Assembly: GCF_003611605.1 (NCBI RefSeq)
Contig: NZ_RAVX01000011.1
Span: 68,811-132,810, forward strand
Origin: Corallococcus sp. AB011P
GTDB taxonomy: Bacteria; Myxococcota; Myxococcia; Myxococcales; Myxococcaceae
Length of the DNA stretch: 64,000 nt
Direction of reading: 5' to 3'
Both the position numbers and the translations under genes were made by a program. Of the stretch, positions 8,978 to 18,786 are shown in pieces (position 1 is the stretch's first letter; each line of letters opens with the position of its first letter). The notes under the pieces were generated by a model. The model saw only the letters and a program-made list of their open reading frames with translations, did not search any database and was not told where the DNA came from.

Positions 8978-10570
8978 TTGGCCATGCCCCATCGGTTCGA
9001 TTTCCTGGTCATGGGCGGCGGCGTGGCCGGACTGTCGTTCGCCCTGCAGGCGGCCCGGCACGGCACGGTCGCCGTGCTCACCAAGCGTGAGCGCGGCGAA
9101 GGCAACACCGCCTACGCCCAGGGGGGCATCGCCGGAGTGTTGTCCCCCACGGACACCTTCGACTCGCACATCGATGACACGCTCGTCGCGGGTGCGGGCC
9201 TGTGCCACCGCGACGCGGTGGAGGTGACGGTGCGGGAGGGCCCCGCGCGCCTCAAGGAGCTGGTGGCGCTGGGCGCGGCGTTCGACCAGCGGAGCGGCGA
9301 GTTCGACCTCACGCGCGAGGGTGGCCATTCCGCCCGCCGGATCATCCACGCGGGCGACATCACCGGCCGCGAGGTGCAGCGGGCGCTGCTGGCCGCGTGC
9401 GACGAGCAGCCCAACATCACCTTCTTCCAGAACACGGCCGCCATCGACCTCATCCTGGACCGGCGTCCGCATACCCCGGCCGGCAGCCGGTGCCTGGGCA
9501 CGTACGCGCTGATGGAGGACGGCTCCATCGAGCGTTTCCTCTCCAAGGTGACGGTGCTGGCCACCGGCGGCGCGGGCAAGGTGTACCTCTACACGTCCAA
9601 CCCGGACGTCGCGACGGGTGACGGCGTGGCCATGGCGTACCGCGCGGGCGCGCGCGTGGCGAACATGGAGTTCTACCAGTTCCACCCCACGTGCCTCTTC
9701 CACCCGGAGGCCAAGAGCTTCCTGATCAGCGAAGCGCTGCGCGGCGAGGGCGGCAAGCTGCGGCTCAAGGGCGGCCAGACGTTCATGGACCGCTACCACC
9801 CCATGAGGGATCTGGCCCCGCGCGACGTGGTGGCGCGCGCCATCGACGCGGAGCTCAAGCGCACGGGCAACGACTGCGTCTACCTGGACATGACGCACCT
9901 GGGCCGCGCGTTCCTCACCGAGCGCTTCCCCAACATCTACGCCACCTGCAAGGCCTTCAACATCGACATGGCGGTGCAGCCCATCCCAGTGGTGCCCGCG
10001 GCCCACTACCAGTGCGGCGGCGTGGTGACGGACCTGCACGGGCGCACCAACATCCCGGGCCTCTACGCCATCGGCGAGGTGTCCTGCACGGGCCTGCATG
10101 GCGCGAACCGGCTCGCGTCCAACTCGCTGCTGGAGGGCCTGGTGTTCGGCCACCGCGCGGTGCAGGTGGCGTCGGAGGAGCTGGCGTCGCTGACGCTGCC
10201 GAAGGAGGACCCGCCAGCCTGGGACTCCGGCAGCGCGGTGGACTCCGACGAGAGCGTGGTCGTCACCCACAACTGGGATGAGATCCGCCGGCTGATGTGG
10301 AACTACGTGGGCATCGTCCGCACGGACAAGCGGCTGATGCGCGCGCGGCGGCGGCTGGAGCTGCTGCGCGAGGAGATCCGCGACTACTACTGGCGCTTCA
10401 AGGTCACCCGCGACGTCATCGAGCTGCGCAACATCGCGGAGGTGGCGCACCTCATCGTGGACTGCGCGAGCCGCCGCAAGGAGAGCCGGGGCCTGCACTA
10501 CACCCTGGACTATCCCCACACGGACGAGCACCAGGGCACGCGCGACACCGTCCTCTCCCGGGAGCTGTGA
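8978..10570 (+). CDS. nadB: L-aspartate oxidase
   Basis: It has the FAD-binding GGGVAGL motif and is full-length with fumarate reductase/succinate dehydrogenase flavoprotein-family motifs. Confidence 0.9.
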   Translation: MAMPHRFDFLVMGGGVAGLSFALQAARHGTVAVLTKRERGEGNTAYAQGGIAGVLSPTDTFDSHIDDTLVAGAGLCHRDAVEVTVREGPARLKELVALGAAFDQRSGEFDLTREGGHSARRIIHAGDITGREVQRALLAACDEQPNITFFQNTAAIDLILDRRPHTPAGSRCLGTYALMEDGSIERFLSKVTVLATGGAGKVYLYTSNPDVATGDGVAMAYRAGARVANMEFYQFHPTCLFHPEAKSFLISEALRGEGGKLRLKGGQTFMDRYHPMRDLAPRDVVARAIDAELKRTGNDCVYLDMTHLGRAFLTERFPNIYATCKAFNIDMAVQPIPVVPAAHYQCGGVVTDLHGRTNIPGLYAIGEVSCTGLHGANRLASNSLLEGLVFGHRAVQVASEELASLTLPKEDPPAWDSGSAVDSDESVVVTHNWDEIRRLMWNYVGIVRTDKRLMRARRRLELLREEIRDYYWRFKVTRDVIELRNIAEVAHLIVDCASRRKESRGLHYTLDYPHTDEHQGTRDTVLSREL

Positions 10571-10576
10571 GCACCC

Positions 10577-11341
10577 ATGTCCCGTCCGCGCCGCATGCTG
10601 GATGACCTCCCCGGCCCCTCCGGGCTGGGAGACACGCAGGACAACGCGCCACGTGGACAGGGCGGGGACGGACCGCCCCCTGGCCCGCAGCAGCCCCGGC
10701 CCGCGCTGCCCACGCCCTACGTCAGCTTCGCCATCATCGCGGGCGCGGTGGTGATGTTCTTCCTCAGCCAGTCACTGGGCCGGCCGCTCATCGTCGACAG
10801 GACGAACTACGGCATCGTGGGGCCGCTGGCGCTCTACGGGCCGTGGGTTCGCGACGGCGAGTACTGGCGCCTGCTGGGCATGGTGTTCGAGCACGGCGGC
10901 GCGATGCACCTGTTCTTCAACATGGCCGCCGTCTATTCGCTGGGCGCGTCGCTGGAGCGCGGCATTGGAAGCCTGAGGTTCCTGGGGCTGTCGCTCGTCA
11001 CCGCGCTGGGCGGCTCCGCGTTCGCGCTCTTCTTCAACTTCGACATCGTGACGGTGGGCGCGTCCGGAATGATTCTCGGCTGGGGCGGCGCGATGCTGCC
11101 CATCCTCAACCAGCAGGGCCGCCGGGAGCATCTCTTCTGGCTCCTGCAGGTGGCGGTCATCAGCGTGCTGCCCGGGGTGAGCTGGGCGGGGCACCTGGGC
11201 GGCTTCGTCTTCGGCCTGCCCTGCGGCATGGCGCTGCGCATGGGCCCGAAGTTCTACTCGCGCGCCATCCCCGTCCTGCTGTTCATCGCCGCGGCGCTGG
11301 CCGTGGTCGCCGCCCATCCCGGGCGCCTTGGAGGCCTTTGA
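10577..11341 (+). CDS. Rhomboid family intramembrane serine protease
   Basis: The catalytic GASGMILGW and AGHLGGF motifs are present in a multi-TM protein. Confidence 0.8.
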   Translation: MSRPRRMLDDLPGPSGLGDTQDNAPRGQGGDGPPPGPQQPRPALPTPYVSFAIIAGAVVMFFLSQSLGRPLIVDRTNYGIVGPLALYGPWVRDGEYWRLLGMVFEHGGAMHLFFNMAAVYSLGASLERGIGSLRFLGLSLVTALGGSAFALFFNFDIVTVGASGMILGWGGAMLPILNQQGRREHLFWLLQVAVISVLPGVSWAGHLGGFVFGLPCGMALRMGPKFYSRAIPVLLFIAAALAVVAAHPGRLGGL

Positions 11342-11343
11342 CG

Positions 11344-11946
11344 ATGGCTGAAACCCCCGTGCGCAGCGTCTGCGTCTTCTGTGGCTCGCGCTCCGGCGTG
11401 CGCGCCGAGTACCGCGAGGCCGCGTCCAGGATGGGGGCCGCGCTGGCGAAGCGGGGCCTGACGCTCGTCTACGGCGGCGCCAGCGTGGGGTTGATGGGCG
11501 CGGTGGCGGACGCGGTCATCGCCAACGGCGGCAAGACCGTGGGCGTGCTGCCCCACTTCATGGACGCGAAGGAGCTGGCCCACCCGCGGCTGACGGAGCT
11601 GCACCGGGTGGACTCCATGCACTCGCGCAAGGCGATGATGGCCGAGCGCGCGGACGCCTTCGTCGCCCTGCCCGGCGGCTTCGGCACGCTGGACGAGCTC
11701 TTCGAAATCGTCACCTGGGCGCAGCTGGGCCTGCACCGCAAGCCCATGGGCCTGTTGGACGTGGACGGCTTCTTCCAGCCGCTGCTCGCGATGGCGAAAC
11801 AGATGGTGGAGGCGGGCTTCGTCCCGGAGACGCAGGGCGTGCCCTTCGCGGTGAATGCCTCGCCGGACGCGCTCCTGGACCGCCTGCTCGCGGGACCCAC
11901 GATGCCGCTCACGTCGAAGTGGCTGAAGGACGGCCAGCAGACCTGA
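11344..11946 (+). CDS. LOG family protein (cytokinin riboside 5'-monophosphate phosphoribohydrolase-like)
   Basis: The PGGFGTLDELFE and GGASVGLMG motifs are present. The start is the ATG at 11344. The 367-aa track ORF is an out-of-context N-terminal extension. Confidence 0.85.
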   Translation: MAETPVRSVCVFCGSRSGVRAEYREAASRMGAALAKRGLTLVYGGASVGLMGAVADAVIANGGKTVGVLPHFMDAKELAHPRLTELHRVDSMHSRKAMMAERADAFVALPGGFGTLDELFEIVTWAQLGLHRKPMGLLDVDGFFQPLLAMAKQMVEAGFVPETQGVPFAVNASPDALLDRLLAGPTMPLTSKWLKDGQQT

Positions 11947-11964
11947 GGGCCGTCCCCGCCGCGT

Positions 11965-12594
11965 TCAGCGCGCGTGGACCTTCAGCTCCGCGTTCCCCAG
12001 CGACGAGGCGACGCGGAGCATCACCTTCTCGGTGCCATCCGGGATGACGGGCTGGCCGTCCGCGAACGTCTTGGGGAAGCGCACGCGGTAGCCCACCCAG
12101 AAGAGGCTGGCGTACGGGTAGTAGGCGCGCACGTTGAGGTCCGCCCGGCCCAGGCGGCGGATCTCCATGGGCGTGATTTCGCCCGCGGGCGTCACCAGCG
12201 CGATCCGCCAGATGCTGTTGCGGTGGGCGAAGTCGTCGTAGCGGTAGTCGTTGACGTGCACCGCCAGGTAGAACTCGTGGAACTTCGCCGCGTCCGCCTG
12301 TTCCTCCGACAGGAGCTGCTCCACCTTCGCGGCGGGCAGCGTCTGGAAGATGGCGCGGCGGTGGACACGGGCCTCGCGGAAGGCGGGCGTCTGGAACGTG
12401 GCCCCCGCGAAGACGCGCGTGTCGAAGCCGTCGTAGATCTCCTTGCGGTCCGAGTACCGGTCCAACACCGCGAGGTAGGCGGCCTCCTGCTTGGGGTCAT
12501 CCAGCGTGGGCGCGGGCTCACCGACGACGGGGGGCGCGGTGGAGCAGCCGCCCAGCGCGCCCAGCAGCACCGCGGCCACCAGCAGCCTTCTCAC
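11965..12594 (-). CDS. Hypothetical lipoprotein
   Basis: It has a lipobox LGALGGC and no recognisable domain. Confidence 0.5.
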   Translation of the reverse strand: MRRLLVAAVLLGALGGCSTAPPVVGEPAPTLDDPKQEAAYLAVLDRYSDRKEIYDGFDTRVFAGATFQTPAFREARVHRRAIFQTLPAAKVEQLLSEEQADAAKFHEFYLAVHVNDYRYDDFAHRNSIWRIALVTPAGEITPMEIRRLGRADLNVRAYYPYASLFWVGYRVRFPKTFADGQPVIPDGTEKVMLRVASSLGNAELKVHAR

Positions 12595-13166
12595 GGGATG
12601 AAGTCCTTGCGCGTGAACAGCGTGGTGAGGCGGTGGCCGGTGGCTTCCACGGCCTCGCGTCCGCCCTCCAGCCGGTCCACCAGCGCGAAGGCGCCCAGCA
12701 CCGTCAGGCCCTCCAGCTTCGCGCGCTCAATCGCCTTGAGCGTGGACGCACCGGTGGTCACCACGTCCTCCACGATGGCCACCGGGGCGCCGGGGCCCAG
12801 CGCGGACAGGCCTTCAATCCACTGGCCGGTGCCGTGGCCCTTGGGCTCCTTGCGCACGATGAACGCGTGCAGGGACTTCTGGCCGCCGCCCTCCAGGAAG
12901 CTGGTGAGGCTCACCGCCGACGCGAGCGGATCCGCGCCCAGCGTCAGCCCGCCCGCGGCCACCGCGGACGGAGCGTCGCGCCGGATGGCCTCCAGCAGCA
13001 GCCGGCCGATGAGGTAGTGGCCCTCGGCGAGCAGCGCCGTGCGCTTGCAGTCGATGTAGAAATCCGACTCCTTGCCGGAGGAGAGCACCACGCGCCTGCG
13101 CTCGAAGGAGCGCTGCGTGAGCACCTCCAGGAGCCGGGCGCGGTCGCGTTCGAGCGTTTCCGCCAT
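12591..13166 (-). CDS. pyrE: Orotate phosphoribosyltransferase
   Basis: It has the PRTase motif VAIVEDVVTTGAS and is full-length. Confidence 0.9.
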   Translation of the reverse strand: MAETLERDRARLLEVLTQRSFERRRVVLSSGKESDFYIDCKRTALLAEGHYLIGRLLLEAIRRDAPSAVAAGGLTLGADPLASAVSLTSFLEGGGQKSLHAFIVRKEPKGHGTGQWIEGLSALGPGAPVAIVEDVVTTGASTLKAIERAKLEGLTVLGAFALVDRLEGGREAVEATGHRLTTLFTRKDFIP

Positions 13167-13169
13167 GGC

Positions 13170-14486
13170 CTACAGACCCTCCAGGTACGCCACCAGCTGC
13201 GCCGAGTAGCGCAGCTGCATCAGCAGCTCCGCCTTGCGCGATTCGTCCAGCGCGGCGAACACGTCCGCGAGCAGCGAGAGGTCCTGGTTGAGGGCGCCCA
13301 TGCGCTGCGCGACGTCCACCGCCAGCTCGTCCGCGTCGATCTCCTCCTCGACGCCCTCCGGAGCCAGCGTCTCCTCGGTGGCGAGCGCCTTCTCCAGCAT
13401 GTCGCGCACCGGCGCCGTCAGCCGGCCTTCGGCCTCCAGCGACTCGCGCTTGGCCTCCAGCACGTCGTGCTCCACCGGCGAGGCGTGGATGGCCTCCGCC
13501 AGGGACAACAGGAGCGCGTCCTCGTCGGACAGCTCCTCGTGCACGCGCACCTGGACCTGGTCGCGCTTGAGGAAGCGCAGCGCCGCCACGCGCCGGAAGC
13601 CGCAGATGAGCTGATAGCGCTCCTCGCCGCGCGGGCGCACGTCCACCGGGAACAGCTGGCCCAGGCGCGCCAGGTCCGTCGCCAGCTCGGACACGTCGCC
13701 CTCGTCCCGCAGGCGGAAGGTGGTGTCCTCCTCCAATCGCTCCAGCGGCAACACCATCGACGTCACCTGTCCCATCACGCGCGGCTCGATGGCCTGCGCG
13801 TGGGGCTCCCCTTCCGAAGTCGCCGCGCCATCGTTGGCGCCCTGTTCCGAACTTTCGCCGGAGCCCGCGTCCTCCTGGCTCGCACGGCTCGCCACGTCCC
13901 AGATGCCGGCGCTCAGCAGCGCGTCGTCCGCGCCCGATACCGGACCGGAGGGCGGCTCCGCCACCACGTCCTTCGCCTCGCCGCCACCGTCGCTGCCCGT
14001 GCCAGAGGCGTCCTGGACGCTCTCACCCGAGGACAGCTCCACGTAGCGGCCGGGGCCGGCAGAGGCCTCCGCGTCCGCCGGGGGACTGGTGCCCTCGCCC
14101 TGCCCGGTCGCACCTGCTCCTTCCGGTTCGCCACCGTGAGCGGAAGCTCCGCCCGGCGTCGCGGCGTCCCCGGTGGGAGCCTCCTCTCCGGTGCGGCTCG
14201 GCGACTCGCCGCCCTCGGTACGTGCCTCCGGTTCACCGGACGCTCCGGCGGCCGTGCTGGCCTCGGTCGCGCTCGCGGTGGCCTGCCCACCCTCTCCGGG
14301 CAGGTCGGTCTGCGCCCCACCCGCTTCAGCCTGGGGGGCACCTTCCGGCGGCACGTCTCCACTCGCGCCCTCGCCGTGCTTCGGCGCGGACGCGTCAGCC
14401 GCTCCCTCCTGCTGGGACGGCATTGCGTTCTCCCCAGGCGTGCCCGGCATCCCTTCCTGTCCCTCGGCCCTGTGCTCGGCGTCCAT
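13170..14486 (-). CDS. padC: ParB/Srx-like domain protein (PadC-like bactofilin adaptor) with long acidic disordered N-terminus
   Basis: The C-terminal ParB-like nuclease fold motif ([14 protein letters not shown]) is present and the gene sits immediately downstream of three bactofilin genes, the same arrangement as bacNOP-padC in Myxococcus xanthus. Confidence 0.6.
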   Translation of the reverse strand: MDAEHRAEGQEGMPGTPGENAMPSQQEGAADASAPKHGEGASGDVPPEGAPQAEAGGAQTDLPGEGGQATASATEASTAAGASGEPEARTEGGESPSRTGEEAPTGDAATPGGASAHGGEPEGAGATGQGEGTSPPADAEASAGPGRYVELSSGESVQDASGTGSDGGGEAKDVVAEPPSGPVSGADDALLSAGIWDVASRASQEDAGSGESSEQGANDGAATSEGEPHAQAIEPRVMGQVTSMVLPLERLEEDTTFRLRDEGDVSELATDLARLGQLFPVDVRPRGEERYQLICGFRRVAALRFLKRDQVQVRVHEELSDEDALLLSLAEAIHASPVEHDVLEAKRESLEAEGRLTAPVRDMLEKALATEETLAPEGVEEEIDADELAVDVAQRMGALNQDLSLLADVFAALDESRKAELLMQLRYSAQLVAYLEGL

Positions 14487-14547
14487 GGTGGCACCCCCGG
14501 TTGTTCCACCCCCGCGCCGCCGGAAACGACGGCGCGGCGGGCGGGCT

Positions 14548-15261
14548 CTAACGGGACTTCTTCACCACGACCTTCTTCTTCGCGCCAGCACCCATCACGC
14601 GGGTAAGGGGCGCGCCGGCACTGCTCGCCTGCTCAGTGACTACCGGACGCGGAGGCTCCGGAGCCCGGGTCGTGGTCGCGGCGGGCGGCGGGGGCGGCGG
14701 CAGCGGCTTGGCCGACGGACGGGCCACGACGGTGGCCGGCGCCGACGCGGGCTGCGTGCGCGCGGGAGGCGGGGGCGGCGTCGGGGCGGCGCGCGGCGGG
14801 GCGGCCGGCGGCGTCGGAGGACGCGGCGGGGTGGCGCCCGGACGCACCGTGGGGCGCGTCACCGCCTGGGGGCGGGCCACGGCGGGGCGTTCGGACGGCA
14901 GCCGGCCCGGTTCCACGTCTCCCATGTCCACGCGGCCGCGGAAGCTGGCCCCGTCCACGATGATGACGCGGGGGGCGCGGATGTCGCCCACCATGCGGCC
15001 CTCGCGGGTGAGTTCCACGCTCTCCGTGGCGTTGATGTTGCCCACCACCACGCCGCTGACGATGGCGTTTCGCACCGCCACGTTGGCCTTCACCACGCCG
15101 GACGGCTCCACGATGAGGGTGCGGCTGAGGGTGAGCTCACCCTCGACGCGCCCGCGGACCGTGAGGTCCTCGTCACCCGTGAGCCGACCGCTGATGAGGA
15201 TGGAAGGCCCCACCACGGTGTTGTCGACGGAGTTGCCTGCAAGATCCTTCGCGGTCGCCAC
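14548..15261 (-). CDS. bacP: Bactofilin with long Pro-rich C-terminal tail
   Basis: It has a DUF583/bactofilin beta-helical core and a roughly 110-aa Pro/Ala tail. Confidence 0.8.
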   Translation of the reverse strand: MATAKDLAGNSVDNTVVGPSILISGRLTGDEDLTVRGRVEGELTLSRTLIVEPSGVVKANVAVRNAIVSGVVVGNINATESVELTREGRMVGDIRAPRVIIVDGASFRGRVDMGDVEPGRLPSERPAVARPQAVTRPTVRPGATPPRPPTPPAAPPRAAPTPPPPPARTQPASAPATVVARPSAKPLPPPPPPAATTTRAPEPPRPVVTEQASSAGAPLTRVMGAGAKKKVVVKKSR

Positions 15262-15264
15262 GGA

Positions 15265-15588
15265 TCAGCGCTCCTTCATGTCCATGTCGACGTTGCCCTT
15301 GAAGGAGGCACCGTCGGCGATGAGGATGCGCGGGGCCTTGATGTCGCCCACCACGCGGCAGTCCGTCTTCAGCTCGACCTTGTCGCTGGCGGCGATGTTG
15401 CCCGTCACGCGGCCGGCGATCTCCACGTTCTGCGTCTCGATGTCCGCCTCGACGACGCCCGAGCCCTCCACGTAGAGGCTCTCCTTGAGGGAGATCTTCC
15501 CCTTCACGGTGCCCTGGATGACCAGGTCCTCGTCCCCGGAGATCTCCCCGTCGATGACGATGCTCGAGCCAATGATCGTATTCGCCAT
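15265..15588 (-). CDS. bacO: Bactofilin
   Basis: It is a 107-aa protein consisting of a bactofilin core. Confidence 0.8.
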   Translation of the reverse strand: MANTIIGSSIVIDGEISGDEDLVIQGTVKGKISLKESLYVEGSGVVEADIETQNVEIAGRVTGNIAASDKVELKTDCRVVGDIKAPRILIADGASFKGNVDMDMKER

Positions 15589-15650
15589 GAGTGTGTCCGC
15601 CTTCTCGAAGCTGTGCGCATGGGGGGCCGTGGGTCGGTCCCCGGTGGATG

Positions 15651-15992
15651 CTAGATGTCGTCCGGCAACTTCACGTCCATCTCGATGGAGCCGTTGAACA
15701 CGGCGCCATCCTCGATGACGACCCGCGGGGCCTTGATGTCGCCCGCGACCTTCGCCGAGGCGTTGATGGCCACGCGCGTGGAGGCGTCGATGTTGCCGCT
15801 CGCCTCGCCGTTGATGGTCAGTTCCTCGGCGCGGATGTCCGCCTGCACCTTGCCGGTGCCTTCGATGGTGAGGTGGTTCTTCAGGGCGATCTGCCCCTCC
15901 ACGCGTCCTTCGATGACCAGGTCCCCTCCGCCCGTGAGGTTGCCCCTGATGACGATGCCCTTGCCAATGATGCCCGTTTCACCCTGTGCCAT
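15651..15992 (-). CDS. bacN: Bactofilin
   Basis: It is a 113-aa protein consisting of a bactofilin core. Confidence 0.8.
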   Translation of the reverse strand: MAQGETGIIGKGIVIRGNLTGGGDLVIEGRVEGQIALKNHLTIEGTGKVQADIRAEELTINGEASGNIDASTRVAINASAKVAGDIKAPRVVIEDGAVFNGSIEMDVKLPDDI

Positions 15993-16045
15993 GAGGTGAT
16001 CCTCGCCAGCGCCTGCTCCGTCGGGAGCGGGGCGACCTGATTATG

Positions 16046-16882
16046 TCAGAGATGCGCGGAGATCCAGCCGGAGATGTCCTGGAACACCGTCGCGCGGTCC
16101 CGCTCGTTGAGCGGCTCGTGCCGCATGCCGGGGTACTCCTTGAACTTCTTGTCCGCCGTCCCCGCCGCTTCGAAGAAGGCCCGCGCCGCCGCCGGCAGCG
16201 CCACCCCGTCCTCCTGGCCGCACAGCACGAACAGCGGCACTTGAATCTTCGGCGCCAGCCCGAGCGTCTGGGCCTGGGCGGCCGTGGACTCCACGAACCA
16301 GCGAGGCGTGGCGAAGGGCACGTAGAGCGGGTCCGCCCCGACCGCCTTCTGGATGTCCGGGTCGGTGCTGAGCATGTCCGGGGCCAGGCCCGAGGGGACC
16401 TTCATCCACGGCACCAGGGTGCCCACCATGCGCGCGGCGAGCACCTTCGCGGCCGGCGGGGTGATGGCCAGCTTGAGGTAGGGCGCGGAGAGGATGGCGC
16501 CGGAGAGGCCCTCCAGCCTCCCGGCCAGGGCGTGCGCCGCCATCAGGCCGCCGTGGCTGTGGGCGAGCAGGAAGATCTTCTCGTTGCCCGCGGCCTTGCG
16601 CACGCGCTGCCAGAAGCCGTCCAGGTCGTCGAGGAACTCGGTCCACTTCGCGGCGTAGGCGCGCCGGCCGTCCGCGCGGCCGTGGCCCCGGTAGTCGAAG
16701 CCGTGCACGGCGAAGCCGTCCTGCACCAGCGCGTCGATGACGGGCCGGTAGCGGCCGATGTGGTCGCCGTAGCCGTGGACGATGGCGACGTGCGCGCGGG
16801 GAGCCGTGTCCGGCAGGTCCAGCGTCCAGAACAGCCGGGTGTTGTCCTTCCCGGTGAAGAAGCCTTCGTCGTGGCGGGCCAT
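16046..16882 (-). CDS. Alpha/beta hydrolase (lysophospholipase/monoacylglycerol lipase-like)
   Basis: It has HGYGDH and the nucleophile elbow AHSHGG. Confidence 0.8.
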   Translation of the reverse strand: MARHDEGFFTGKDNTRLFWTLDLPDTAPRAHVAIVHGYGDHIGRYRPVIDALVQDGFAVHGFDYRGHGRADGRRAYAAKWTEFLDDLDGFWQRVRKAAGNEKIFLLAHSHGGLMAAHALAGRLEGLSGAILSAPYLKLAITPPAAKVLAARMVGTLVPWMKVPSGLAPDMLSTDPDIQKAVGADPLYVPFATPRWFVESTAAQAQTLGLAPKIQVPLFVLCGQEDGVALPAAARAFFEAAGTADKKFKEYPGMRHEPLNERDRATVFQDISGWISAHL

Positions 16883-16894
16883 GAGCCCGGGACC

Positions 16895-18745
16895 TTAGCG
16901 GCCCGGCGCGGTCGAGGGTAGCGCCTTCAACTTGCGCTCCAGGGTGGTGCGCTGGTCCGCGGGCTCGGCGGCCTCCGGCTCCAGCGTCAGCACCTCCAGC
17001 GCGCGCTGCCAGGTCCGGACGGCCTCCGGGGCGCGGCCCGCCTTGAGGTACGCGTCCCCCAGGTGCTCCAGGATGGCGGGGTCGTCCGGGGACAGCTCCA
17101 CCGCGCGCTCCAGGACCTCCACGGCCTTCTTCGCGTCGCCGCGCTGGAAGAGCACCCACCCCAGCGAGTCCACGTAGGCCCCGTTGTCCGGCCGGAGCGC
17201 CAGCGCGCGGCGCACCAGCCGCTCCGCCTCGTCCAGGCCCCGGCCCCGCTGCGCCATCACGTAGCCCATGAAGTTCAGCGCGGCGGAATGGTCCGGCTTC
17301 AGCGCGAGCACCGCCCGCATGCGCGACAGCGCCCCCGGTACGTCGCCCTGGCGCTCCAGCAGGGTGCCCAGGGCGAACTGCAGGTCCTGGTTCCTCGGCG
17401 CCTTCGCGACGGCGTCCCTCAAGAGCGCGAGCGCGTCCGGAGCCCGGCCCTGGCGCTCCAGCAGGATGGCCAGCGCGTCGTACGCCAGCGCCCCGCCCTC
17501 CCCCGCCAGCACCTCGCGCAGCACGCCTTCCGCTCGCGCCGCGTCCCCGCCGCGCTCCAGCGCCCGGGCGTAGCCGACGCGCACCTCCACGTCGTCAGGC
17601 GCTTCCGACATGGCCGCGCGGTAGAGCGCCAGCGCGCGCGGATGGTCTCCCGCCAGCGACAAGCAGCGGGCCTGGCGCACTCGGGCGTCGGGGAACACCT
17701 CCGAGTCCGGGGGCACGCCCGCGAAGTCCGCGGCCGCGATGGAGAAGCGGCGCGTGCGCTCCGCGACGAGCCCCGCGTAGTACGCCAGCCGGGGCTCGTC
17801 CGGCGCGTCCTTGCGCGCGGCGTCCAGCACCTCCTTCGCGGCGGCGGACTCTCCGGAGGCCAGGTAGTTGAAGGCCACGCGCACGGCGAGCTCCGGCGAC
17901 GCGGAGAGCGACAGCAGCCGGTCGAAGTACGCCCGCGCCCGGGTCACCGACCCGCCCTTCAGCGCGGCACGGCCCGCGGACAGCAGCACCTCACGGCTGT
18001 CCGGATCCGCCTCCAGCGCGCGGGCCAGCGCGTCCTCCGCATCCCTCGGCTTGCCGGAGTCCTCGTAGAGCCGGGCCAGCGTGGACCACACCTCCACGTC
18101 GCCCGGGTCGCGCTCGGAGGCCTTCGCGAGCAGGCGCTCCGCGCGGGCCGCGTCGCCGCGCTCGGCCAGGACGAGCCCCAGCCGCCGGTAGCCGGAGGCC
18201 TCTCCGGGCAGCGCGTGGGCCAGCGACTCCACGACCTTCACCGCCTCGTCGGGGTCCTTCGCGTCCAGGTACAGCTGCGACAGGACGAGGTACGCCTCCG
18301 GTTCGCGAGGGCGCAGGGCCACCGCGCGGCGCAGGTGCTGCTTCGCGCGCGCCGTGCGGCCGGACTCCAGCAACACCCGGCCCAGGAGCACGTGGGCGGC
18401 GTAGTGCGTGGGGGCCTTCTCCACGGCCCGGCGCAGCTCGCGCTCGGCGCGCTCCAGGTCGCCCAGGCGAGCGTACTCCTCGCCCAACTGGGTGAGGAGG
18501 GTCGGGTTGCCGTCGTCGGTGGCGAGCGCCAGCCGCAGCTCGTCCACCGAGGCCCGGTGGTTGCCCTCCAGGTGCATCAGCCGCGCCTGGAGGTAGTGCG
18601 CGTAGCTGGCGGACGACGCGGACGGCTCGTCGTCGCGGCTGCTCGCATCCATGGCCTCGCGCATCGCCTCGCGGTCGACGTGCGGGGCCGGAGCCTTCCT
18701 CGCGGGCGCGGCCCCCGAACCCCCGGCGGCCAGCGCGAGGCACAT
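16895..18745 (-). CDS. Secreted TPR-repeat protein
   Basis: Multiple TPR repeats are present. The ATG at 18952 overlaps the upstream histidine kinase gene. The plausible start is at or near the ATG at 18745 (MCLALAAG signal-like) or a GTG just upstream. Confidence 0.65.
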   Translation of the reverse strand: MCLALAAGGSGAAPARKAPAPHVDREAMREAMDASSRDDEPSASSASYAHYLQARLMHLEGNHRASVDELRLALATDDGNPTLLTQLGEEYARLGDLERAERELRRAVEKAPTHYAAHVLLGRVLLESGRTARAKQHLRRAVALRPREPEAYLVLSQLYLDAKDPDEAVKVVESLAHALPGEASGYRRLGLVLAERGDAARAERLLAKASERDPGDVEVWSTLARLYEDSGKPRDAEDALARALEADPDSREVLLSAGRAALKGGSVTRARAYFDRLLSLSASPELAVRVAFNYLASGESAAAKEVLDAARKDAPDEPRLAYYAGLVAERTRRFSIAAADFAGVPPDSEVFPDARVRQARCLSLAGDHPRALALYRAAMSEAPDDVEVRVGYARALERGGDAARAEGVLREVLAGEGGALAYDALAILLERQGRAPDALALLRDAVAKAPRNQDLQFALGTLLERQGDVPGALSRMRAVLALKPDHSAALNFMGYVMAQRGRGLDEAERLVRRALALRPDNGAYVDSLGWVLFQRGDAKKAVEVLERAVELSPDDPAILEHLGDAYLKAGRAPEAVRTWQRALEVLTLEPEAAEPADQRTTLERKLKALPSTAPGR

Positions 18746-18786
18746 CACGGCGGCACGGCTGAGGAGCGGGAGCGGGCGCACGCGGG

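Noticed and set aside
8969-10531. 520-aa minus-strand ORF
   Set aside because: It is antisense to nadB, which has unambiguous flavoprotein motifs.
10843-11946. 367-aa ORF extending the LOG gene upstream
   Set aside because: The upstream 167 aa overlap the rhomboid gene in another frame and are Arg/Ala-rich. The conserved LOG protein begins at MAETPV (ATG 11344).
12633-14606. 657-aa plus-strand ORF; also 11974..13017 and 14173..15654
   Set aside because: They are antisense to pyrE, padC and the bactofilins and have low-complexity translations.
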